64,000 nucleotides of DNA from Chrysomallon squamiferum (GCA_012295275.1 CM022669.1:15872001-15936000); one strand, 5' to 3'; counted from the first letter of the stretch, positions 13,348 to 27,057 are shown. Notes: generated by a model from the letters alone, not told the origin. A program made the numbers and translations.

Positions 13348-15542
13348 CTCTAATAATTGCAATAGCAATTTTCAAAGTCTAGTCTTTGTATATTTATTAT
13401 ATTTATCGATTCTAACTATCGATGCTCTGAACACACTAGAACGGTTTCTTCAACTCTGTGCACTGACTCTGACTTTCCGTTGCCTGTGGGTATTGCAGCC
13501 TTTCTGGAATGTTCTGTATAAAATTTTTGTATGGCTTTGCTATGACTTTAATCTCTGTAATTATTTAACTTTAACACTCGATTTTCTAACTTAGTGTCGA
13601 CAAAAATATTACTCTTTTCAAATAAATCCAACTTGTTACATATTTATATTTACGTCCTGACACTTTTTCGTTATCTTTCCCTTGCTTTTCTTTTCTTACA
13701 TTTTTGGTTCTGTCAGTGTACTTTTTTTTTTTTTTTTAGCAATTATTCTTTCTTTCTATTTTGTTTCTTTAACTTTCTTTCTTATTTATTTTTACCTTTT
13801 AATTATTTCTTTCTTTTATTTCCATCTTTTTTATTGCTCAGACCCCAAAAAGTTATTTTTGCTGAACGTTGGCATGAATGAGAAGTGTCAGGTCATTTCG
13901 TGATCTGAACACAGATGTTTATTTTTATCAGGCACATCACCAACATTTGTTATTTTCGAAAAAAAAAAAAAAAATAGCGCCTCAATTCCGCAAAATGCGA
14001 CTACAATACTTAACAGTAATCTCTTTATTAATAGGCTCTCACTAACCGCGGTTAACACTGCACCTGTTTCGTAATAAATTTGTCTACCGACGAAGATTTA
14101 TTTACAAATGCTCGTCGTAACGGATGTCGAAAAATGCTTCGTTGAGTGATGTTGTTCTTGCCACATTAGCTTCGGCAAAACGACTCTCCACTTTATTGTC
14201 AACAGCAACTGAAGTTTGGCTGGAAATGATACCAGAATTTCTAGCGTTTTGTCTGTTGACTGTGAAAATGGTCAGGCTGAGAGATCGACTGACTACCACT
14301 TATGGCGAGATGAGGTTTAGATTGAAAGTAAAGGTCTAGCACCAAAGAAGGAAATGAAGGAAATGGAAACAGTTATTTTAGTAGTGGAGGCGGTATTTGA
14401 AGTAGTAGTAGTAGTAGTAGTAGTAGAAGGAGCACAATTAGATCTAGTAATAATAGTAGTAGCAGTAGTGGTAGCAGTAGCAGTGGTAGGAGTTATAGTA
14501 ATAATTGTAATATTTGAGAAGTAGAATCATTGAAAGTAATTTTAGCAGTGTAGTAGTAGAAGTAGTAGTAGTAGTGGTAGTAGCAGTGTTCGTTGTTGTT
14601 GTATTGATAGTTGTAGTATTAGAAGTAGATGCAGTGTTACTGGTGCTGATGATATATGGCATACATCGACATTTCCACTTATTTTTCAGCTTGATATTTT
14701 TACAAAGTATTATTTCATGCTTCGACACTTTTGAGAAATGTTCTGCTCGGCAATATCCCCATTTAATTTTACGCTCTAGCTCCTTTCATTCTATAACCTT
14801 TTCTACATTCGTTACGTTTTGAAAAAAAGGGGGAAGAAACACGAACAGCACTTTGATTAACGACAGAGCTCTTCAGCAGGCTAAGTACTTCGTGACTTTT
14901 AACAAACAGTAATATTAAACACATACTTTGCGAATCCATAAACTCGTCGCTGAGAAGATTAATATCTTTCTATTGTCAATTTGCGACTATTGTGATTCGA
15001 GGAAGCAGCGCGTTGAGTTGAAATTATATCTGACTTTAATCAGACAAATGATACACGAATTCTATTGAACAACTAATAACACAACACAACTGGCATCAAG
15101 TGAATCCTAGCAATAATTTCAGTTTCAAAGATTAACAGTTTTAAAGCGTAACGTTTAGAATAGGGTCCATACAAACACGATTAAGAAGATAGCCTTCTTA
15201 ATGACGGTAATTTTTGTTATTATATTAATAGTTAGAAACGTTTGTTTTTTTTTTTTTTTTTTTTTTTTTTGTCCCAGAGTTAATATTCTCTTTCTTTTTT
15301 CGTCATTTTCTTTTCTTTTCTTTTTTCAGTAATAGGGATAATATGTTAACCTTTATAAACCTTTTTTCCATTTCACAGATTAATCGTGGTGTGGTTTTAT
15401 ATCCAAAAAAAGAACAACTGTGAATAATAATAATTATATGAATTATTATTATTCTGATGTTTATAACATAATTCTGTAATACCAGTATGCCAAAACCATC
15501 CGTTATTTACAAGCACCTCATTACAGATATGTAAGTACTTAC

Positions 15543-15683
15543 TCTGTAGAGTATGGTCCGTAGGAGGACCGGATATAGCATCGGATGATTTCCCTTTGAT
15601 TCGGAGCCAATCCAGTTCGTCGTTTCTATCTTGGTGCCATCCGCACATGTCTTGTTCAAACGTACAAGTCGTCGGAAGTACGG
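15543..15683 (-). CDS. Two-MAM protein, exon 7 (MAM2 N-part: VLPTTCTFEQDMCGWHQDRNDELDWLRIKGKSSDAISGPPTDHTLQ)
   Basis: CTFE-x3-CGW...DW...GPPTDHT; acceptor gtttttcag|, donor |GTAAGT; 141 nt, phase 1-1. Confidence 0.95.
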
Positions 15684-16002
15684 CTGAAAAACACCAATGT
15701 TAAACAGGATCAAGATAGAATATTTGGGTTAATCCTTTTAAAACTGAGACAGTAGTCGCATTAACAGTGACATTGTTACTAAAAGCATTGCATTCCAGAA
15801 GAAACTATAAAAAATAATTCTAAAATAGCTATTATTTTTTTTACTGTAACGACATGATGGTCTTACTGGTAATAGTGTAAGTTGGCATTTCTAGCCAACA
15901 TCATCGTTGTTGTAATAATAATAACAGCGACGAAGGAGTAGTAATAGTAGATGTAATGATAGTAGTAGCTTGGATAATAATAATAATAGAGGTAGTGACA
16001 AC

Positions 16003-16266
16003 CAGGGTTGGATTTAATGTGCTTGCCGCCCATAGACTAAAGACATTTTAGCGCCCCCTCTTCAAGGCTCAAGTCCCCGTCACTCTTCACACTTAGTTTA
16101 TATAATATGAATGGTTATAACTTATGATCTAGTTGAAAGCAAAAACATGGTTTTACAGTTACATAATGATTTATTTCTAAATCAAATGTGAAAATACGAA
16201 TTTATGTAACATAAACTGTCGCCCTAGGCACTAGCCTAGAAAGCCTATATGGGAAATCCAGCCCTG
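16003..16266. mobile_element. Non-autonomous hAT-type MITE (264 bp) in MAM-gene intron 6
   Basis: 13-bp TIRs CAGGGTTGGATTT (16003-16015) and AAATCCAGCCCTG (16254-16266), 12/13 complementary. Flanking 8-bp TSD GTGACAAC / GTGACAAT (7/8). CAGGG ends with an 8-bp TSD are hAT hallmarks. Confidence 0.85.
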
Positions 16267-16888
16267 GTGACAATACTATTGACGGTGATAACATTAGTTG
16301 TGGCTATATCAGAATGTATAGTAACATTAATTAAACTAGTGGTAACTTTTGTTACAGCACCAGTAACATAGTGGTAAGAAGAACAAACAAAGAGAAAGAC
16401 TAAAAGATATGCAGAATATAAATAACAAAGATAAAAAAATAACAACAAATAATGAAATGAAAATAATAATAAATAAACTAACAAAGTAACAACAAATGAA
16501 CAAACAAAAATAATAATAGATAAGCTAACAAAGAGACAAACAAACAAAACCAACAAGTAATATTTTCATAGCCATTCTAAGTCAGACTCTTTAACTGACA
16601 TATAGGTTACTATGCCAGTTCTGTTTGTGGTGGATCTGTCTGTAAACCGTTATACTGCGGTCGCCTGTGACTGCCTTGAAATGACAGATGGCCTCTGGGT
16701 AGGTTTTGTTCCACTCTACTTCTTGAAATGTCTTTATTGAGGAATGCCATAGCCATATATTTATTTCATTCCCAGAAGCACCGAACTGTCACACAGCAGA
16801 GACTAACAGAGTGAGAGATACAGAGAGAGACCTGGCACAGGTCAATTTTAAAATTAAGATTTGTTTTTGTTTTAAACTGGGAAAAAAT

Positions 16889-16919
<31 letters not shown>

Positions 16920-16940
16920 GAGTAGTAATAGTAGTAGTAA

Positions 16941-16972
<32 letters not shown>

Positions 16973-17493
16973 ATAATAATAATAATAATAATAATAATTA
17001 TTATTATTATTATTATTGTAATAATAATAGTAATAATCGTAACAAAAAGTAAGAAGAAAAGGGGAAGAAATAACGAATAGAGAGAAAAAATAATAATGGA
17101 AAGAATAATAATGTTAATTTTAATAGTTCACTTTTATTACGTAATTCAGAACTAACGATGACTTGATGAATATGATGAAAGGTTTAGTGGAAAAATAATG
17201 TGTTTTTTTTTAAAATTATTTTAGTCTCTTTTCGTTATGATTATTTCGTCTTGTTCTATATATATATATATATATGCGTTTATATATAATTCTTCATTTA
17301 CTTATCATCATCATCACCATCATCATCAAAATCATCATTATTATCTGATTACTGTTTGTGTCTTTGAGGCGTTGAAAATGTTCAAATCTGTATGCAACCA
17401 TCACAGGACTAGTACAACAACAACAACAGCAGCAATAAATAAGAAGCAGAAGAAGAAGCAGAAGAAGAAGATGAAGAAAAATTATAAACATAC

Positions 17494-17562
17494 ATGTCGT
17501 CGGCATCGTTTTCATTGTGTGTGTTGTTGATGGCTCAACAGTTGTAGCTGTTACTGGAGATA
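17494..17562 (-). CDS. Two-MAM protein, exon 6 (Thr/Pro-rich linker ISPVTATTVEPSTTHTMKTMPTT)
   Basis: Acceptor tttttcttgccag|, donor |GTATGT; 69 nt, phase 1-1; mucin-like composition; lies between the two MAM domains. Confidence 0.8.
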
Positions 17563-17695
17563 CTGGCAAGAAAAACAAATGTTACAGAATTTGATATAAA
17601 GTATTATTAATAAGGGCATAAAATATGTACAAAAAGCAAAACAAAATAAAAATAAAAGAAACAATGGCAGACTAAAAAGTTACGAATACCGTCGC

Positions 17696-17815
<120 letters not shown>

Positions 17816-18346
17816 CGTACTAATTAATCATTAAATATTGACTAATAGGAAAGTGTAAAAAAAAAAAAAAAGAGAAAGAAAGTATGTAGATAGATATATT
17901 GCTGCAACCTAAGGCAGTACTTCATGAACTCGTTCTCCTAAAGCTACGTGATGTCTAACGGCCTGCTAATAAATAGCCATTAGTGGACAATTTCATTTTC
18001 TTACACTGGCCATAGCTTACGTAGCTAGAGGGTGAAATAAACTATGCTCTATACTCGTTATATATTAACATGGGTGTGTGTGTGTGTGTGTGTGTGTGTT
18101 TTAATGTTTATGTATGTATATCTATGTACACATGTATTTATGTATTAAACACGCGTATTTCCAGTTATCTACAAATCTTGCCATTCAACATGTATATGAA
18201 TACAGACGATATTAAATATTTAAATATATGAATTTGTGATAACGACGTATCTAAGTCGAAATGTCGGAACATTTGAAAATGAAATAGTACCGAGATAACG
18301 TCGTGCTACTATGATTAACACGGTGTTCAAGTAAAGTGATACTAAC

Positions 18347-18428
18347 TTTTGAAAATGGTAGCCACTGACACATCATCTATGGCAATATCGCTACTCCAGT
18401 GAAACTTGGCGTTAGCTTGAAACTTCAG
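18347..18428 (-). CDS. Two-MAM protein, exon 5 (MAM1 C-part: LKFQANAKFHWSSDIAIDDVSVATIFK)
   Basis: MAM terminal DIAIDDV motif; acceptor ttttacttcag|, donor |GTTAGT; 82 nt, phase 0-1. Absent from the ORF track. Confidence 0.92.
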
Positions 18429-18577
18429 CTGAAGTAAAATAAATAAATAATTAAATCAATAAACAGATAAAGTAAGGAGCGATGGTGGAAGGAAAAACTG
18501 AAAGAATAAACGGACTTATTGAAAAAATTAACGTAATACATGAACGTCATAGAAAAAGACGTAGCAGAAAAATGGTT

Positions 18578-18617
<40 letters not shown>

Positions 18618-19028
18618 TATATATATATATATCTTGACAATCCTTACATATCATTGTTACAAGCAGTTTCGAATAAACAATTTTTTAGCTGATGTCAGTC
18701 GTCTGCTGTCGTGCACATATACCAGTTCGTCCTTTTCCTTAGGTATGTTTATCTCCAGATTCGACGAAATCTACAAGTTCTAAAATATGCCTGCAGACAC
18801 CGTAATGATGAACATCAGATTCGAAAAGTTAATTTCAACGCCATCAAATATTTAAATTAAAGGAAACGAAGTATTCCAGACGCGAGGAGATCGTCTAAAT
18901 TGCAAATAGAATTATGATAACATATAAATTTTGCAGTTATTTAATTCAAAAACACCAAGAGGGCTTGCAAATAGGCAACGATTAGAAATTAAATGATATA
19001 ATGCCAGACTGGTATTTATTGAATCAGA

Positions 19029-19059
<31 letters not shown>

Positions 19060-19533
19060 GCATTTTATTGTGGTTTTTTTTGTTGTTCCGGCATCGTTAT
19101 GCAAATTGGTCAAGAACGATTTAAATGATGGTTGAATTGATGCAAATGCTACGGAACAGACACGTCTGGGATTCACAGGTTATTATGTTACGGATTAATG
19201 AATAATTTTCTTACCAGTCTGAATAAAACTTGTATTTTTAAACACCTTCTCGAACATAAATGTCTACAATTACACGGCTTTTCGGTATAAATAGAACATG
19301 CCTATCTTATACTGAGTTATTCCGTGCGATAAAGCTTTTCTTCAGTCCTTTACTTTAATATCGTAGAAGGTAAAAGAGAAAGAAATAATCAGGAGACGCA
19401 CAGACAGGCTTAGTTATGTGTGTGCATTATTAGTATCTAAATAGATACATAGATAGACATAGAAACAGAGCTATAGGTACATGGACACAAATATATATAT
19501 ACACACACACACATACATAGAAAACAGCAGAGA

Positions 19534-19667
<134 letters not shown>

Positions 19668-19737
19668 TCATAAAGAAAGTTTCACTTGAATTATATAACG
19701 AGTTCGACCCTGCTCTACACAGTGACATCAGACCAAC

Positions 19738-19994
19738 CCTGTAAGTGCCTGTATGTAAAACGGCTGTGATCGAATGCCAGTAATGGCCGTGTCTTCCACT
19801 TTTCTCAACCACTGTTCTTGGCGTCCCATCCTTCGATTCCGCGATCAGTTTCAAGCTGCCAATGTTGGCTCCGTTCATGTAGTAGGAAAAAGTTAATCTT
19901 GTGGGCAGTGATACAACGACATATGGGGTCACAAGACTGGCTACCCACGAACTGTTAGGAGCATCACCACCTTGGATGTACGCGAAGTATCCCT
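19738..19994 (-). CDS. Two-MAM protein, exon 4 (MAM1 core: GYFAYIQGG...LTFSYYMNGANIGSLKL...SGRHGHYWHS...GTYR)
   Basis: MAM motifs G-Y-x2-Y, F-x-YYM-x-G-x2-IG-x-L and G-x2-W; acceptor ttcttttag|, donor AGG|GTTGGT; 257 nt, phase 1-0. Confidence 0.93.
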
Positions 19995-20282
19995 CTAAAA
20001 GAACATGATTATATTATTGTTATTATTATTACTACTACTACTACTACTACTACTACTATTATTATTATTATTATTATTATTATAAACAGATGCTTATATT
20101 TTCTTAAACATAATTAAAGTATTTTGATATGTACAAGCTATCTGTGTGTGTTAGTGTGATTTGTTTGCCTGTATGTATGTGTGTAAACGAGAGACTGTGA
20201 GAAAAAGAGAGGGTGAGAGATAAAGAGATAAAGAAAGATAAAGAAGGACCAGAAAAATGCACACACATATAGACAGACAGAC

Positions 20283-20383
<101 letters not shown>

Positions 20384-20400
20384 TAATAATCTTGGCATAC

Positions 20401-20541
20401 TTCCAGTAGTGTGGTCGTTGAGTGGACCTGAAGTTGCGTCACGTGTTCCGTTGTTTGATCGTCGCCATTTGAAATCAGCAGTGATGTCGTTGTACCACGA
20501 GCAAAACCCAGACTCAAATGTACACGAAATATCCACATTAC
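20401..20541 (-). CDS. Two-MAM protein, exon 3 (MAM1 N-part: NVDISCTFESGFCSWYNDITADFKWRRSNNGTRDATSGPLNDHTTG)
   Basis: MAM signature C-x-F-E-x3-C-x-W...W...GP-x2-DHT; acceptor aaaag|, donor |GTATGC; 141 nt, phase 1-1. Confidence 0.95.
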
Positions 20542-20545
20542 CTTT

Positions 20546-20580
<35 letters not shown>

Positions 20581-20602
20581 CAACAACAACAACAACAACA
20601 AC

Positions 20603-20640
<38 letters not shown>

Positions 20641-21854
20641 TGTTGATGATGATGATGATGTTGTTTTCGTCCATTCATTCGCTAATAACCATAATAGCGA
20701 TGATGATCATGATAATATCAAATGTTACATTTGTTACTATTATTTTAAATTATTATTATCATTACAGTTATTGATATTACTGAAAGAATGAACGAATGAA
20801 AGGCTCTGATGTTTAATAGAATGTCCATAATTATATGATGTTATCGACAACTTGGCTGTTTCACTTAGAATATCGTTAAAATCGACTCATTCATTCTTTA
20901 AATAAACTTATCAAAATGAAATGTTCAAAACGGAAACTAAAGTTTGTCCTGAGAATTTCGGTAACACACACACATATATATATATATATTATGGCTTAAA
21001 ATATCTGCTGGTCAGCATTGAAGAATTTTTGGTCAGTGCAATACATTTCTGGTAATAGCCGCTGGACAGCTAAAAGTCATTTTTAGATTTTAGATATCGT
21101 TCTGTGTAAACCATTGCAAGAACAGTTAGTGAATGAAGAAAAATATATTGTTGTGTATATCCTTTGGCCATTGTGAAAAAGACACTAATAATAGTCATGG
21201 GGCAGTGAAAAACATAGCCCGTGAACACAGAGGTTGGTCTTTAAAAGAAAATGATAAACGTTAGTATTAGCAGTTGCTGATATAAATACTATTAATTCAT
21301 ATATAGCCGGTGGTCATGTAAAATGTATAATAATAATAAAAGCATCGTTGCTTATAGCCGGTGGTCAGTCTGGTACAGCATGCTATCTCCATTACTGACT
21401 GTTTGCCTCTAGTTAATGGTTCAACACATTTGTCAGAGAGAGAGTAAACAAAATATAAAACTTATAAATATTTGTTCTTGAAATAATCAATCTACGCCTT
21501 TTTCTTCTTACTGTCGTCGTTATTATGTGTTCGGCAACTTTGAAAAGATATTTGAAATGATGAACTTTTGAAAAATGAATCAAGCGTTGTCTGGTGTTTG
21601 TCAGTTGTTTGAAAAACAGAAATTAGTTTTGAAAAGAACGTTTGTGAATCTTAGCAAATCTAATAAGTATAGTTCTAAAATATCACAAGAAAAAAAGAAT
21701 ATGACATAATCTGTAAAACATAACTATATACTGTCTTCCTTCCTTTCTTTCTTTTTTTCACATTTTGTTTTCGTTTTATTGTTGTTTTTTGTTTGTTTAT
21801 TTATTCGTTTATGTGTTTGTTTGTTTGTTTTTAAAGTGAATTAACAGTTCTTAC

Positions 21855-21884
21855 CTTGGTTATGAGCAGCAGGTGCTGATATAC
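21855..21884 (-). CDS. Two-MAM protein, exon 2 (30-nt mini-exon, ISAPAAHNQ-G)
   Basis: Acceptor tttaatttcag| and donor AAG|GTAAGA; symmetric phase 1-1; no stop codon. Confidence 0.72.
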
Positions 21885-22375
21885 CTGAAATTAAATAATA
21901 TCATCATTGTTAGTTTGATTTACCTTATAAATAGCTTAATGTTACCTTGCTTCTGCAGTAAAATGTATTTTAATACGATCATTATATTTATCTACTATCA
22001 TCATCATCATCATCATCATCGTCGGTAGCAGCAGTATGATTCATCCGCATCATCATCATCATCATCATCATATTCTTCTTCTTCTTGTTATTATTATTTT
22101 TATTATTTTTACTACTACTACTACTACTGCTGCTGCTGCTACTACTACTACTACTACAGCTACGACTGTTGTTGATGTTATTATATTATTTATTATTTTT
22201 GGATGTTGTTGTCATCGTTATTGTTGTATTTCTGTGACTGTTTCTCTTCAAGGTGGTTTTTGTCAAAGATACCTAATTTAATGAAAACACACAAAAAATA
22301 AACACCACCGAATCGATAGAAGTAAATAGTTAACAACAACAAGAACACCATCAATAACAACAACAATAATAACAA

Positions 22376-22428
<53 letters not shown>

Positions 22429-22579
22429 CAAAAAGAACACCAGCAATAACAACAACAAAACTGAGCAATCGAAATAATAACGACAACAACAACAACAACA
22501 ACAACAATAATAATAATAATAATAATAATAATGATGATGATGATGATGATGGTGATGAATAAAGCTGATATTCACTTAC

Positions 22580-22640
22580 CAATATCACAAAAGTTTATCA
22601 ACAAAAATAAAATAAAACAGTATCCTGCAATGTTTGTCAT
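22580..22640 (-). CDS. Secreted two-MAM-domain protein, coding exon 1 (signal peptide MTNIAGYCFILFLLINFCDI-G)
   Basis: ATG at 22640-22638 followed by a hydrophobic core (CFILFLLINF). Ends at a strong donor G|GTAAGT in phase 1; 61 nt; in frame with all downstream exons. Confidence 0.8.
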
Positions 22641-23093
22641 CTTGTCTGTGAATCAGCACAAAAATGATTTCTGACGTTTTCACACTTAAAAAGACACGTA
22701 CAAAAAAAAAAAAAAAAAAAAACAAGACAACTTGTTAAAAGATGAAATATTTGCTATCTTAACACAAAAGATAAACATTGATTGACATCTGTTGTTGATA
22801 TTAACATAGTTGTTCTGCTTTCAAGGTCAGTATATATCTAAGAGAGAAGACTGTGATATCATGAACTCTAGCAAAACACAACTGCTACTACTACTACGAC
22901 TACTACGACGACAATGAATTGCATTAAGGCATTAATAATGTAAATTTATAGCGTATGCAAAGAAATATTGAGAAATGTTTTAGTGTGCGTACGACGAACT
23001 AAGAAACGTTGCTCTAGTCAGGTACAGATTTTAGCAAGTTAAAGTATCATAGATGCAAAGTAGTAAGAAGAAGAACGAAATGACATAACTATA

Positions 23094-23175
<82 letters not shown>

Positions 23176-23190
23176 CCAAAAAAAAAAAAA

Positions 23191-23282
23191 AAAATGGCTT
23201 AGAGAAAAAATAAATATATTTTATATTAAAAAGTGTAACAGCAACTACACACAAAAACAACAATAACAACGACAACAAAAAA

Positions 23283-23319
<37 letters not shown>

Positions 23320-23458
23320 CATTAAAAATAAAAATAAAAATAAAATAAAATAAATAAATAAATAAAAAATGGCTTAGCGAAAAAATAAATATATTTTATA
23401 TTTAAAAGTAAAACAGCAACTACACACAAAAACAACAACAACAACAACAACAACAACA
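23191..23458. repeat. Local tandem duplication, about 175-bp period, 2 copies
   Basis: AAAATGGCTTAG(A/C)GAAAAAATAAATATATTTTATATT...ACAGCAACTACACACAAAAACAACAA at about 23191 and 23366, each followed by (CAA)n(AAT)n. Confidence 0.9.
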
Positions 23459-23618
23459 ATAATAATAATAATAATAAGAAGAAGAAGAAGAAGAAGAAGA
23501 AGAATGTTTAAAAATTAAAAAAAAGAATGAAAATAAAATTATATATTAAAGGAAGTTTATTATTTCAACACGCTTTCTAGACATTTTAATTTTAATCATA
23601 ATTTTAATTTTAATTTTA

Positions 23619-23677
<59 letters not shown>

Positions 23678-24210
23678 TACTATTATTTGTTCTTTGATTC
23701 TACGACCGTCTGTCGCTAACTCAGCATTTAGATTTATTTTCAGATGCTTTCGACGACGTCTCTGCGGGAGACTTGTTGGATCTGGCTATAAGCGATTAGA
23801 TCTCACAGTTACACCGAAACCTCGGCTCCACAGTCTGCGTACTCAGCGAGAAATTACTGTCTTTTCTCTATTTAGCCAGTTCAAAATAGTCGTTTTTTTC
23901 TATCTTAATGTCTGCGTGAGAGAATATAGCGTCTGGTGACTAGCAATTTAAGAGATACACAGACTGCGTGTTGCGGGTTGCGGGTTGCGCTGGCCTTTTC
24001 GTTCTGGTCTCCGTCTGCAAGCAACAGCGAGAAGACGACGTCTTGTTTTGATGTATCACCGCTAGTATTAATTAACTGTGTATCTCTGATACACCGCTCA
24101 AACACCCAACCGTTCTCAGTCACCGGCCATATCGTTTTTCTCTGTGTAATATAGCAATACATCATCTAATATGGACTTTTCTTCATTTGAAAAGAGAGAA
24201 GAGGGAGAGG

Positions 24211-24308
<98 letters not shown>

Positions 24309-24526
24309 AGAAGAGAGGGAGAAAAAAGAGAGAGACAGAGAGGTATGAGAAGGAAAGAATGAAATGGAAAACGTATGATAGACAGTATTGTCGTGATAAG
24401 CGAAACGTGAAAGAATGAAATCAATAGCGTTTATGCTTGAGAGAGAATGATAACTAAAATGATTAGCGAGACCAAGAGACACACCAAGAAATCGACATAG
24501 AGAGGAAGATAAAGAGACAGACAGAC

Positions 24527-24634
<108 letters not shown>

Positions 24635-25192
24635 ACGGATGAAAGAAATAATGAAACATAAACAATGAAACAAAAAAAGGGAAGCAGAGAAAGACGAAGA
24701 CCTTAAGATAGCTCACCTTTAAATCAAATTAATGAACTCGACGGCTAATCAAGTTACTGTGAAAACATATAACAAAATGAATTATATAAAGTAAATGTGC
24801 AACCTCCTCCAGAAACAATTCAATTAATATGTGCGACATCAAGGACGCAGTGTTTGTGAGAAGTCATACAGATGCAAACCATTAACATTTGATTTTTTTT
24901 ACCGTACAGGCATAACGGAATAAAATAAAAATCTATTTTAATCTACAGCTTGTTATTACTATTGTTGTTGTTGTTGTTGTTCTTGTTGTTATTATTATTA
25001 TAATATCTGTAGTTACATTTTGTGAAAATTTCATCGATGTTATTTCATACATACACAGAAACATCCATCCATCCATCCATCCATATATACATACATAGAT
25101 AGATAAAACAAGACTCATACTGATGTGAAAAATATACAGATAAATGCATTATACAGACAGCTATCCGGCATACTCACCCCCCCTCACACCAC

Positions 25193-25259
<67 letters not shown>

Positions 25260-26149
25260 ATAACCTTTTATCAAGAAATTAATTTCTGATAAAAGTTTTG
25301 GAGTGAAACATTATCTATTTTTATTCTCTATGTGGACAGAGCACTTGCAATAATCTAGAGTGTCGTTTCCGTTCATTTGAGTTTATCTAAATCCTTTAAT
25401 AACATCCTGTTTGGCCGGCAAAAACAAATCTGCTAAAGTAGATTTTGTGAAAACTGATATCTGTAAAAAAAAAATATAACTATATAAATTTAGAAATACA
25501 AGAAAGTCCTGATCTCTTTCATATGTAGGTGAGGTTTATCTAAATGTACTTTTATAACACTATAACAGTATACTGCGCCTAATCATGAACGAAAAGATTA
25601 AAAGAAAAATTAAAACTCATTTTTTTTACCCTTAGGACAATAAAAACCGGAACAAAGAAAGACAGATAAAAAAAAAAAAAAAAAAAAAAATTCTTTCACG
25701 CCAACTGTTTACAAAACTGTGACATATAAGTTTATCCTTTTAAAACAGAAGGTTAATGAATTTATCGAGAGAGACAGCGACATTCTGTTTTATTCCAATA
25801 CTATTGATTATCCCGATATATATATATAAATATATATATATATTACATCTGAATAAATTCCATACACTTTTATCTAGCACCTGATATGTTATGTTACAAT
25901 CGTGTTTCTGCTTGTTCATTTTCGTTCAAAGAAATAATCTGATTGTTGGGCGATTGTCCGATGATTACCGAAGCAAATGGTTCAGAGATGAAATCATCTT
26001 GTTGCGTTCATTAGGCTAGCAACCTTCGACTGCTGCAGAATGCCTGTGATATGAGATTTCTTTTATTATGGACATGAGAACATGCAAAGAAATAAATGTG
26101 TACGCCCGGAGTGTTACGCACAGACCTGTAGCTATGGGAGTCCTCTGCG

Positions 26150-26187
<38 letters not shown>

Positions 26188-27057
26188 GTATAAATAAATA
26201 AATAAATAAAATATCAATAGTAGTTGATATTAATAATAAATGATGTGAGATGATGATGATGATAATAATAAATGAGTATAAATAAATAAATAAAATAGTA
26301 ATAATAATAGTAATAATAATAATGATGAAGATAATGATAATGATGATGATAATAGTAGTAGTTCTTGTAGTAGTAGTAGTAGTAGTAGTAGTAGTAACAA
26401 TATATAATAATTTGATAATTGTATTAATTTCAAATTGTTTTAGGGTCTCAATTTTTTATTTTAACAGCAATAATAATAACGATGATAATAATAGTAGTAG
26501 TAACAGTAGAAGTAATAAATAAAAAAATTAAAGAAAAGAAATAAAATATCTTATGCATTTTAATAACTATAACAATTTCAAATTATCTTCAAATCTCAAA
26601 ACGTTTCTTCTTCCATTCCATTCAAACTGGTTAGTACATATATATGACCCTGCGATAAACGCGACATCAAGCTGGAAAATGTGCGCGCGCATGCGAGTTA
26701 ACCATAATCTGAACCCCTCTCCATCAACATTCGTTTTTATCAACGTAATTCGAGTGAGCTTTGCGTTTGATCTTTATGATGTTGGAAACCACTATTACCA
26801 TTAACCCATTTTTGTCTATTACTGAGAATGCTTAATTTGTCTTAACTTGAGTAACCACGTCTCTGTCACGCACGCTAAAGCAAACAGAAACACAATACTC
26901 TTTTATTTTCCTTGTGACTGTTAACAAATCTTCTTTTTTTTTGGTTTCTGCGAAAATGGTCGACATTTCTTTTGTTTCTTCTTTATTCTGTGTTTAATTT
27001 AAAGTCTCTGTGACCTATATATATTTTTGTTCTTTTGTTTTAAGGTTTCTGGTTTGC

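Noticed and set aside
14319-14335. NLYFQS, resembling a TEV protease site
   Set aside because: Chance match in a hypothetical exon; it lacks the Glu and there is no vector context.
16600-16790. Non-repetitive block in MAM intron 6 as an extra linker exon
   Set aside because: No convincing acceptor/donor pair giving a phase 1-1 open exon; exons 6 and 7 already join in frame.
21946-21952. Possible 7-nt microexon (ctgcag|AAGCAAG|gtaac) between MAM exons 1 and 2
   Set aside because: It would frameshift into a TAA in exon 2 and leave only a ~60-nt intron.
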